Of a stretch of 54,668 nt of DNA, positions 33,548 to 41,339 are shown piece by piece. A program made the translations under genes and the position numbers. The stretch lies in IMG/VR virus record IMGVR_UViG_3300050026_000192; one strand, given 5' to 3'. This DNA comes from a virus. The notes under the pieces are model-generated. The model was not told the origin of the DNA, searched no databases, and saw only the letters and a program-made list of their open reading frames with translations. Numbering within the stretch: the stretch's first letter is position 1; every line of letters begins with the position of its first letter.

Positions 33548-35392
33548 TCAGTACTGATCGTAATAGACGGTTACGTCAGCGCCGCTTGTCGTGCTGCCAT
33601 GAAGACATAGCTGAGAACTAGCCGCTGTATGCAGACCGCGATAGAATGCGTTCGATCCGGCCCTACCAGCGTTCGCCACCCCGAACCATGTTTGCGTAAG
33701 CTGCGTCAGCGTCGCGCAGGTGCCGCTTGTCGCCTGTTCTAGATATACGTTGACGGTCCCGCTAAATGATATGTCATAATCGCAGACATAGATTGACGTG
33801 GTACCACTTACGTTGACAATTTGCGTGTCTGCCGCCGCCAGGGTCGCGTGGGCTGTAGACCCGCAAATGTGAGGTGTTGCCGCAGAATTGCCGGTCGAGA
33901 CTTGAGCCGTAACAGTGCCGCTAACCGGGATGGCCTGCCCACTGGTGACGCCCTGCACAGTCACAATCGCACCGGTCGGGGAACCCGCTGTCGCCGTACC
34001 GGGATTGAGACCAACGACCAAAGTCTTGTCGGCCGCCACCGGCAGCGTCGAAGCCGCCTTGACCGTCGCGACATTCGTCCCGGCCGAGTCAATGATGCCA
34101 ACGCCGCCGATCGAGACGGTCGGGGCTTGGGTGGGGATGGCTCCTTTGATGTCGGCATCAATCTGCTTGAGGCACGGATTGACGCCAGTCCCACTGCCAC
34201 AACCGGCGGCTGCCGTTGTGGTTTGGACACCGAGGTCCCATCCGTCAACGCCCGCGCCAGTGGCGAGAGATCCGGCTGCAAAAGCGCCGGACGCGACTTG
34301 CGCCGATGCCAGACTGGCCGGCTGCGTCGTCTGATAGAACGTCCCCGTCACAGCACGCGAGGCGGGGGCTTGTTCCTTGGCGCTGATTTCTTTCAGCACC
34401 TGCATCACCGTAACCGGCGTCGTGTCCGTTGCCGTTGAAGCAGCATCTGCTTTAGCGCCGAGCGTGACCTCAGCGCCGTCGCTGATCGCGCCGGAAGCGA
34501 AGGCGCCAGAGGCATAAGCCCCCGAGGCCACCGACCCGCTGGCAAACGCACCAGAAGCAACCTGCGCCGACGCGAGGCTCACTGGCTGCGTTGTTTGCCA
34601 GAAGGTGCCCGTGATAGAGCCACTAATCACCCAGGGCGAAGTGCCTTGATTGACTTCGCCAATGACCTTTGACGTTTCGGCATTCAGCACAGTTCGGAGA
34701 TTGCCGCCTGTGTCGGTCGAGAGCGGGTTGCTCTTCGCTGTCGTGTATGTCGGCGCGCTGGTCGTCGTCGCCGTCAACGGCAGGTTGCCGACTTCACCCG
34801 CGGTCGTGCTGTTTTGGGCCAACGCCAAATCGGCGATAGCGCCAGAAACAAACGCCCCGGAGATAGCCGTGACCGCGCCGCCGCCGCTACCGCCGCCGCC
34901 GGACCCGCCACCCGAACCTGTCGGGATACCAGAACCGCCGACCATGTTGACGGTCGTCGTCGAGGTCGAAGTGATACAGGTTAGCTGCGTCGCCACGCCG
35001 ACCGTGAAGGCGAACCAGCCGCCAGGGGGGATCGGCTGCTGGGCCGTGGTCGAGGACGCGCCAAGAGCGCAATACGCCGTGTTGGTCGCGCCGGCATTCG
35101 ATGCGACGACGACCGTACCGGCGGGAAGAGTGCCCGTAACGCCGCCCGTGGTGACGCTGATCGGTGTGCCCACAGAGGCGGGCGCGAAACCGCTAATCGA
35201 CGCCGTGACGCTGGCGCTGACCGGCAGTGGCGTGGCGGCAGTACAGGGAACCGCTTGGCCAGACACATCAAGGAACATGCAGACCTTGCCGTCCGCCCAA
35301 CCACCACCAGGCGACGGCCAACTGACTTGGGCAATAGCGTTCGCCCCGCCAAGCCATAACAGCGCGGCGGCTAGAGCAAGGATTCTCTTCAT
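33548..35392 (-). CDS. exported fibre-like repeat protein (614 aa)
   Basis: Signal peptide MKRILALAAALLWLGGANA. Internal duplication GTF(W/Y)QTTQP(V/A)SLASAQVASGAFA; Gly-rich linker; Cys-rich C-terminal domain. Confidence 0.7.
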   Translation of the reverse strand: MKRILALAAALLWLGGANAIAQVSWPSPGGGWADGKVCMFLDVSGQAVPCTAATPLPVSASVTASISGFAPASVGTPISVTTGGVTGTLPAGTVVVASNAGATNTAYCALGASSTTAQQPIPPGGWFAFTVGVATQLTCITSTSTTTVNMVGGSGIPTGSGGGSGGGGSGGGAVTAISGAFVSGAIADLALAQNSTTAGEVGNLPLTATTTSAPTYTTAKSNPLSTDTGGNLRTVLNAETSKVIGEVNQGTSPWVISGSITGTFWQTTQPVSLASAQVASGAFASGSVASGAYASGAFASGAISDGAEVTLGAKADAASTATDTTPVTVMQVLKEISAKEQAPASRAVTGTFYQTTQPASLASAQVASGAFAAGSLATGAGVDGWDLGVQTTTAAAGCGSGTGVNPCLKQIDADIKGAIPTQAPTVSIGGVGIIDSAGTNVATVKAASTLPVAADKTLVVGLNPGTATAGSPTGAIVTVQGVTSGQAIPVSGTVTAQVSTGNSAATPHICGSTAHATLAAADTQIVNVSGTTSIYVCDYDISFSGTVNVYLEQATSGTCATLTQLTQTWFGVANAGRAGSNAFYRGLHTAASSQLCLHGSTTSGADVTVYYDQY

Positions 35393-35394
35393 GG

Positions 35395-37338
35395 TTACAT
35401 TCCCGGTATCGTAGGCGCTACGGGCTGGGCGCCTTGGGGATTGGGTTGCTGCAGCTGGGGCTGAGGCGCGAGCAAGCCCATGGCCTCTTTCCAGAGTTGC
35501 GTCTGGAATGCGATGGCCTGCTGCTGCGTCTCATTGGCGGCTTGACCCGCCTCTACGCCAGCCTTCTGCGCCTGCGCATCGCTCTTGCGCGCGTCTGCCG
35601 CAGTCTTGGCGTTCTTCGCGGCGGCGCCCTCCATCTGGAGCTTTGCTGCCATGAGTTGCGGCGGTCCCGGAGGCTTCGGCGCCATCATTTGCAGGATCTT
35701 GTTCTTGATCTCACGCGGCCACGGCGCAATCTCGATCAGGACTTGCGGCGGGAATGTGCCGGGCGGGTAGCCCTTCAAGACATCAAACGCTTCCTGGCCA
35801 AGGCTGGCGCTGTCCGAGCCTTCCTCAAGGATGATATCAACGTCCAGCGCGCCAAGCGCATTGACCATAGCCGGACGGCCAAATTGATCTAGGCTCAACC
35901 CATTCAGTTGGATAAAAGCAGCCTTCTGCGCGTCGTTCTCGACCATGCGCAGCCAGCGCTCGGACTTCCAATGCCGCTGCGCCGTCGCCCAGATCGCGCG
36001 ATATATTTGCAGTTTCCATTGCCGGATCGCGAGGACGAATGGGCCGAGTTCCGCCATGCCTGGCTGGCGCAGCAGCTCGATCGCTCGGCCTGACAGATTG
36101 GTGAGACCAGGGCCAGAGATCGCGGCAACGTTCAAATTGGCAAACTGATCAATCTCGTCCTTGGCCTCTTGGCTCATCGAAGTGAACGCGGCAAAATCCT
36201 GCGTGCGATCCTCGGGGGTAACGTCAAACCCCTTGTTCTTTTCAATCACGCCGTCCGGCCGCGCCCATTGGATACGCGTTATCTCGACGTCGTCGACCGC
36301 GCCCTTGTCCATAATCAGCTTGCGCGAGTTCGCGATGTGCAGCGCCTTGGACTTCGACTGATTGAGTGAGTCCTGCGGTCCCTTGAGATTTCGGACGAAG
36401 CCGTAGCGGTCGCCGACGTGATCCACTGCAACAGAGAACATCTTGAATGAGGATATCGTCTTATTCTTTTCGTTAAAGAACGGAGAGATTCCCTCATCCA
36501 GCAACGTGTTGGCGACATAAAAAGCCCAGCACCACTTGCCGCGGCGCTTATACCAATGCTCAATCAGCCTGATACTGCGCGTCGCGGCGTTGACCCACTT
36601 GACCTCGCGATCAGGATTGGTGGTAAGATCGGCGTCACCCTGCGTGAGACCCTTAAGCTCTTCCTCTTTATCCGGGAACATCTGGATCGCTTCATCAACA
36701 TCGATCCATTTTGAGATGCCCTCGTACAGACCATCGGCGAAATCAAGACGATAGGAAGTCGGGTCATAGAAGTATTCATCGCCGACGACCCACGGCAGCG
36801 CGATGTCAGGATCGCCTTGATCGCCTTCGACCAACACCATTTGAACGCCGGCGACGCCATCGATGCATGATTGCAACAGGCACCATGGATCAATGCCCTT
36901 CCAATCGTTTTCGTCGAGGACGTAGCGGATGACTTGCGTCGCGATATCAGCGCCGGCCTCGCTCTTGATGTGTCTCGGGAGGGCCTTCGGGTCGGATCGA
37001 CCGCGCTCAACAAGCCCAACGATTGCATTAATCTTGCGCGCAATGCGATTGAAAGTTAGCTTCGGCTGATGGCGCTTGCGTAGGATTTTGATCTGGTCTG
37101 CGGTCCAGTGCGCGCCGTGATAATAGCGGCGGGCCTCTTTCTGCTCTTCGATCTCATCCGTCTTTGAATACAGGTAGTTGAGGTATTGCTCCTGCAACTT
37201 GCGGACGTCGAGAAATTGCGACTTGTCCTCGTCGCCGCCAGATAAGTCCGGCTTTCGACGCACGGCTTGAGCGCGCGGGTCAACGGTCTGCGACCGCGCG
37301 GCGCCCGACGCGAGCAACTGGCCGGCGATGTCAACCAC
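35395..37338 (-). CDS. portal protein
   Basis: 647 aa with a GTG start overlapping the upstream gene. EARRYYHGAHWTADQIKILRKRHQP is a portal-type N-terminal motif. Position between terminase and capsid. Confidence 0.75.
   Translation of the reverse strand: MVDIAGQLLASGAARSQTVDPRAQAVRRKPDLSGGDEDKSQFLDVRKLQEQYLNYLYSKTDEIEEQKEARRYYHGAHWTADQIKILRKRHQPKLTFNRIARKINAIVGLVERGRSDPKALPRHIKSEAGADIATQVIRYVLDENDWKGIDPWCLLQSCIDGVAGVQMVLVEGDQGDPDIALPWVVGDEYFYDPTSYRLDFADGLYEGISKWIDVDEAIQMFPDKEEELKGLTQGDADLTTNPDREVKWVNAATRSIRLIEHWYKRRGKWCWAFYVANTLLDEGISPFFNEKNKTISSFKMFSVAVDHVGDRYGFVRNLKGPQDSLNQSKSKALHIANSRKLIMDKGAVDDVEITRIQWARPDGVIEKNKGFDVTPEDRTQDFAAFTSMSQEAKDEIDQFANLNVAAISGPGLTNLSGRAIELLRQPGMAELGPFVLAIRQWKLQIYRAIWATAQRHWKSERWLRMVENDAQKAAFIQLNGLSLDQFGRPAMVNALGALDVDIILEEGSDSASLGQEAFDVLKGYPPGTFPPQVLIEIAPWPREIKNKILQMMAPKPPGPPQLMAAKLQMEGAAAKNAKTAADARKSDAQAQKAGVEAGQAANETQQQAIAFQTQLWKEAMGLLAPQPQLQQPNPQGAQPVAPTIPGM
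35930..35983. repeat. 54-bp perfect inverted repeat, right copy (inside the portal gene)
   Basis: Encodes AQRHWKSERWLRMVENDA of the portal protein. Partner at 32803..32856. Confidence 0.9.
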
Positions 37339-37627
37339 GCGTTTTCGCCTTCATCTTATCAAGCTGCGTGCTGGACACGCGGCCTGATTTCGCCAGCATG
37401 TCCATCGTGCGCGCGGACGCATGCTTTTCCTCGGCTTCGGCCTCCATGTGCTTCTTGATCGCCTCCATGTATTTCTTATTCTTGGAGATCTTGTGGACGT
37501 GGTGGACATGGCGCGCGGCGTCGGCGAGTTCATGATCCTCCCACGGTCCATTAGGACGTTCGTGAGGCTCGGTGTACCGGTCCTTGGCCGGACTGTCCGT
37601 CGAGGTTCGAATATCTTCTCTCGGCAT
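37331..37627 (-). CDS. hypothetical His-rich protein (98 aa) with a C-terminal KSGRVSSTQLDKM motif
   Basis: Internal ATG (MPREDIRT...) of track ORF 37331..37657. Confidence 0.55.
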   Translation of the reverse strand: MPREDIRTSTDSPAKDRYTEPHERPNGPWEDHELADAARHVHHVHKISKNKKYMEAIKKHMEAEAEEKHASARTMDMLAKSGRVSSTQLDKMKAKTRG

Positions 37628-37629
37628 GG

Positions 37630-37854
37630 CTATGGCCTCCAATGACGAACTTCCCACCCGATCCTATCAGAGGCATATGGGTCTATGTAACCTAGCCCGC
37701 CGCCGGCCTTATGCTCGGAAAGAAACTTGTCCGCATCGGCTTTTGATTTGAATGTCGTCGAATCCACCACTTGGGCAACCCTTTTAGCCTTAGCTTGGGC
37801 AAGGGCGTTCTCAGACAAGCGCCCACTCTTAACGAGGTCAGCCTCTCTGCTCAT
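37630..37854 (-). CDS. hypothetical protein (74 aa) with an N-terminal KSGRLSENALAQA motif
   Basis: ORF track. Confidence 0.55.
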   Translation of the reverse strand: MSREADLVKSGRLSENALAQAKAKRVAQVVDSTTFKSKADADKFLSEHKAGGGLGYIDPYASDRIGWEVRHWRP

Positions 37855-37857
37855 GGC

Positions 37858-39213
37858 TCAAATCCATCCTTCTCGCGCGGCGATTTTGTCATACTGCTTC
37901 GACGAAATCTTGCCGGCGCGCATTGCTTCCTCAGCGGCAGATTGTTCTTTGGAGATTGGCTTGTCCGCCTTTTCGCCAAGCGCTTTTTTGAGGTTTTCGT
38001 AAGCCTCATCGATGGCTTCCAGCGGCTTCTCGACCGAGTAGCCGTCAACTAAAGCCGCAATGCGCTTGCATTCCGAGATCGCTTCCTCGGCGGTATTCCC
38101 TGTCGCAACCACGGCGCCGATTTCCGGCATGCCCGACCATTGTGGAATCACGTAGTACTCGCCGTCGATCACGGTGAAATTGCGCAGCTTGACGTTCTCT
38201 CGGATTTCTTCCGGGAACCGGACCTGCTGCCAGTTCTTGTCCGCCCAGTCCGACAGAAGCAGAACCTCGGCGCCCCATTTGTGTGTATATTCCGGCTCAA
38301 TGACGATGCCCTCAGCGCCCCACCAGATGACCTCGGCTAGGTTACCTATCATTTCCTGGTAAAGCTCGCTGGGCGGGCTCCCAGCCCGCGAACATGGATC
38401 GATGAGGTACGCCTTGTCTTTGGTCTCCCTGATCTCGGTTGAGATAAATCCGCGGTAGCCGACGCGCTTCAATTCGGGGGCGAGCTTCTCGTTGACATCA
38501 CGCACGTTCGGCGGCAGTTGATTGTACCGCATCGTGCGGCCGATATAGGCCTTGTCCTTGACCTCGACGCCGACGATGGCGCCGCGAGCAAACTGCCCGT
38601 CGATCGTAAACCCATCGTAGCCGATCTCGATCGCGTCGTTGATCCCCTCTTCGACGACAAACTCCATGATCTTTTTCTTGGCGCCGAGATTGTGTTCAAG
38701 CTCGTCAAGGCGGGGCTCGACTTCTTCATAGGTAGGAGCCCCAAACGTCTCCATGTCGCCGCGCGTGGCGCTGATCTTGACATATTGATCGTCGTTGGCC
38801 TTCAAGTGCCGGCGCAGCGCGTCTAAGCCGATGATCCGCTTGTACGGCCCGATGTCGATCCCGAGCCGCTTGCTGGTCTCCTTCGATTTTACGCGGTCAA
38901 GTTCCAACTCGGCTCCACCGGAGCGGCAACCCCAGACCCGATGCCCATGGCTGACGAGGTAATCCTGCATCGCGCCTTCGTAGACATCGGGGAAAACCCA
39001 GACGTCAACGTCGTCGATATGAGACCACGGATCCTCGACGCGCTCGATGTTATCAATACCCTTGCCGATCATTAGGGCATTGGATTTTGGGTAGCCGTTC
39101 GTCCAAGGCGCGAAGTAAAGGACGCGGCCAAACTCTTTCGATAGACGGATGGCAATTTCTAGGAACAAGCCGTTGTCGACGACCATGGCCGTGCGCTTAC
39201 GAAGATCAGACAT
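37858..39213 (-). CDS. ATP-grasp-fold ligase-like protein (451 aa)
   Basis: Internal ATG (MSDLRKRTAMVVDNG...) sharing 1 nt with the upstream TGA. The layout LELDRVKSKETSKRLGI / YVKISATRGDMETF / MEFVVEEGINDAIEIGYDGF / GFISTEIRETKDKAYLIDPCSRAGSP fits ATP-grasp. Confidence 0.6.
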   Translation of the reverse strand: MSDLRKRTAMVVDNGLFLEIAIRLSKEFGRVLYFAPWTNGYPKSNALMIGKGIDNIERVEDPWSHIDDVDVWVFPDVYEGAMQDYLVSHGHRVWGCRSGGAELELDRVKSKETSKRLGIDIGPYKRIIGLDALRRHLKANDDQYVKISATRGDMETFGAPTYEEVEPRLDELEHNLGAKKKIMEFVVEEGINDAIEIGYDGFTIDGQFARGAIVGVEVKDKAYIGRTMRYNQLPPNVRDVNEKLAPELKRVGYRGFISTEIRETKDKAYLIDPCSRAGSPPSELYQEMIGNLAEVIWWGAEGIVIEPEYTHKWGAEVLLLSDWADKNWQQVRFPEEIRENVKLRNFTVIDGEYYVIPQWSGMPEIGAVVATGNTAEEAISECKRIAALVDGYSVEKPLEAIDEAYENLKKALGEKADKPISKEQSAAEEAMRAGKISSKQYDKIAAREGWI

Positions 39214-39602
39214 CACAGCCTCAGCGTCGTCGTTCCGCTCATGTCGTCGAGGCCAAGCGAAAAACGCTTGATCGGAGAGATGAGCTGAGTGGCGTCGAAT
39301 TTTCGACAGGAACAAATGAACAGATAAGCGCCGTCATGATCTGGCCACGTGTCGGCAACAAGGAAGGATTCTGTTATGGGTTGCAGAATCGTTTTTCCAA
39401 ACCCTCCCTTACCTTCGACCGGATAAGACCAAACGGCCGGATTGCCTGCTGGCGACATATCCATCGCTTCGGCGCATGCGACTAGAAACAGCCGCCAGTC
39501 ACCATCACTTAGCCGGCCACGCAGCGTGAACGCCTGCGAATACATCCTTTTTCCAAGGGTTAAATCATCGTGAGAAGGGGCGATCTCCGCCAGGTCGTCC
39601 AC
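39213..39602 (-). CDS. S-adenosylmethionine-decarboxylase-like pyruvoyl proenzyme (SpeD/SpeH fold)
   Basis: TILQPITESFLVADTWPDHDGAYLFICSC aligns with the AdoMetDC core xxxxxxESHxxxHTWPExxxxxxDxFTC, including the Glu-Ser self-cleavage site. Confidence 0.6.
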   Translation of the reverse strand: MDDLAEIAPSHDDLTLGKRMYSQAFTLRGRLSDGDWRLFLVACAEAMDMSPAGNPAVWSYPVEGKGGFGKTILQPITESFLVADTWPDHDGAYLFICSCRKFDATQLISPIKRFSLGLDDMSGTTTLRL

Positions 39603-39605
39603 TCG

Positions 39606-39884
39606 TCAGCCCTCCATCTTCTTCATTTGCTTGTCTGAGATCATGCCAGCGCGGGCTAGACGCTTGGCCTTGTGTCTGATGTGCTTGGGAAGCTTGCCGA
39701 TCTTGCGGCCAGCATCGGCTTTGACGAAGTCTTCGCCGACCGATTTCGGGGTTCCCTTGACCTTGCCTTCAGCGACGGCGTGAGCCCATCGGTTTTGGGC
39801 CTGCGAACTTGACGGCACTTCTCTCTCCACATTCTTGCCAAAAGCTACGGCCTTGTTGTTTTGCTGCGCTTCGGTGCCGGCCAA
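39606..39884 (-). CDS. DUF3008-like small basic protein (92 aa) with a C-terminal RAGMISDKQMKKM motif
   Basis: ORF track. SQAQNRWAHAVAEGKVKG ... RKIGKLPKH resembles DUF3008. Confidence 0.55.
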   Translation of the reverse strand: MAGTEAQQNNKAVAFGKNVEREVPSSSQAQNRWAHAVAEGKVKGTPKSVGEDFVKADAGRKIGKLPKHIRHKAKRLARAGMISDKQMKKMEG

Positions 39885-39888
39885 CTCT

Positions 39889-40092
39889 TCAGTCCTCTAG
39901 AATCGTCTGGACCGGCCGCCAATGACACTCGCCGGTGATACGCTCCCACATCTGCTCAAGGGCAATATCAGCATCGCCGCCGCCCTTTGGGCGATGCCAC
40001 CGCAGTTGAGGCGTCGGCTTCCATGCCCACGACTCGAACAAGAAAGCATCCATGTCGATGTCTGGATACTTATCTTGTGGCTGCTCATTCAT
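39889..40092 (-). CDS. hypothetical protein (67 aa)
   Basis: ORF track. Confidence 0.5.
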   Translation of the reverse strand: MNEQPQDKYPDIDMDAFLFESWAWKPTPQLRWHRPKGGGDADIALEQMWERITGECHWRPVQTILED

Positions 40093-40258
40093 TTAGTTCT
40101 TCGGCCTCGATAAACGCCGGCTCGCCCGGGTTTAGGTCTTCCTCATCGGCGTAGTCGCGCCAGTCATCCGGTTCGTCGGGTTCGTCCTCGGCGCCAACAG
40201 CCGCGCAATCCTCGTCGTCGGGATTGCCTTCGGGGATGTGGCGAATGAGGCCACGCAT
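40085..40258 (-). CDS. small acidic protein (57 aa)
   Basis: Internal ATG (MRGLIRHIPEGNPDDEDC...) of track ORF 40085..40399, 4 nt after the upstream stop. Weak RBS. Confidence 0.4.
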   Translation of the reverse strand: MRGLIRHIPEGNPDDEDCAAVGAEDEPDEPDDWRDYADEEDLNPGEPAFIEAEELNE

Positions 40259-40262
40259 CCGT

Positions 40263-40538
40263 TCAAGTGCCGACGTACGCGCTGATGTTGATACCCGCGC
40301 CGACAAACACCCTGGCCGGCGTGTCGTTCCACTGTACCGAGCCGGAGACTGAAACCGTGATGCTTTCATTGGCGGCAGGATCTCGCACGACGCCAACAAA
40401 CGCCGTGACGGCGTCTTCGGCCGCCTTTCGGTCGGCGACGTGCGGCGGCTGAGATGCGACGACTTTGTCGAACTCCGCTTTGACCAGCGCTGGCAGTTCG
40501 GCCTTGGTGGATGCCTTAACTGAGAATGAATAACTCAT
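40263..40538 (-). CDS. hypothetical protein (91 aa)
   Basis: ORF track. Confidence 0.55.
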   Translation of the reverse strand: MSYSFSVKASTKAELPALVKAEFDKVVASQPPHVADRKAAEDAVTAFVGVVRDPAANESITVSVSGSVQWNDTPARVFVGAGINISAYVGT

Positions 40539-40568
40539 TGGGGGTTCCTTTCACGGAAGAGACGCGCA

Positions 40569-41339
40569 TCACATTGCAGCGCTCACAGCATTGATTTGGC
40601 CGGTTGCCGCGCCAGCCGACGTCGTGACCAGCATGACGACCTCAATTGCGATGCGCTGGCCGGCGACAAGGCCCGCCGCGCCGGGAATGGTGAACGTGTA
40701 GTTCGTCGCTGTTCCGGTGAATTGCTGCGCTGCGGTAATGCCGGCAATCGCGGTCTCGACGCCGTTGACCTCGGTATAAGCCGCGAGCGTGAGTGTGGTC
40801 GTCGCGGCCGTGACGGTCCCAGTGCCGGTATAATTCGCGTTGACGACAACCGGAATGGCCTGTCCAGTCACGTAGCTGTCCGCGACGTTCAGCTCCCAGA
40901 GCGCCTTGTCAGTCTTGGCGCTGGCCGACGTGGCCTCGCCGACCAAGACAAGGCTTGTCCCTGCCGTGCGGGAAACGCCGACCGTGCCCGCGGGTGTGCC
41001 AGCCGCAGCGGTCATGGGAACGCCGAGATCGCTCTTGGCGTCGGTCAGCTTGAGGTTGCGCGCCAAGCCTCCCTGGGAGGTCGGGACAAAGGTTTCGGAT
41101 GTCGAGACCGGCTGGCCCATGCCGCCGTTGGCCCGGCCCTGATACAGCGTCGTGATATACAGCGTGCCGCCGGTGACCGCGACGCTCTGCGTCAACATTT
41201 CCGAGTTGTCGATAACCTGCGTCGAACTGGGGACCGGCGCCGGGGACTGGTCGAGCACGGTTGACGGCGTGACGGCAAACGCTGCCCCGCCCAGAGCAAG
41301 GACAGCGACCGCGGCCAGAAGCAAGCGATTGAGTTTCAT
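40569..41339 (-). CDS. exported Thr/Ala/Gly-rich protein (256 aa)
   Basis: Signal peptide MKLNRLLLAAVAVLALGGAAFA. ATGA overlap with the GNAT stop. Confidence 0.65.
   Translation of the reverse strand: MKLNRLLLAAVAVLALGGAAFAVTPSTVLDQSPAPVPSSTQVIDNSEMLTQSVAVTGGTLYITTLYQGRANGGMGQPVSTSETFVPTSQGGLARNLKLTDAKSDLGVPMTAAAGTPAGTVGVSRTAGTSLVLVGEATSASAKTDKALWELNVADSYVTGQAIPVVVNANYTGTGTVTAATTTLTLAAYTEVNGVETAIAGITAAQQFTGTATNYTFTIPGAAGLVAGQRIAIEVVMLVTTSAGAATGQINAVSAAM

Noticed and set aside
34650-35414. 254-aa plus-strand ORF
   Set aside because: It lies antisense to the 614-aa exported fibre-like gene. It is Pro/Val/Ala-rich. The minus-strand frame has a signal peptide, internal repeats and tight coupling to the portal stop.
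32803-35983. A Gin/Cin-type invertible host-range segment bounded by the 54-bp inverted repeats
   Set aside because: No invertase gene is present anywhere in the window. Inversion would replace the last about 180 residues of the portal and strip the beta-helix gene of its start. A recombination scar is more plausible.
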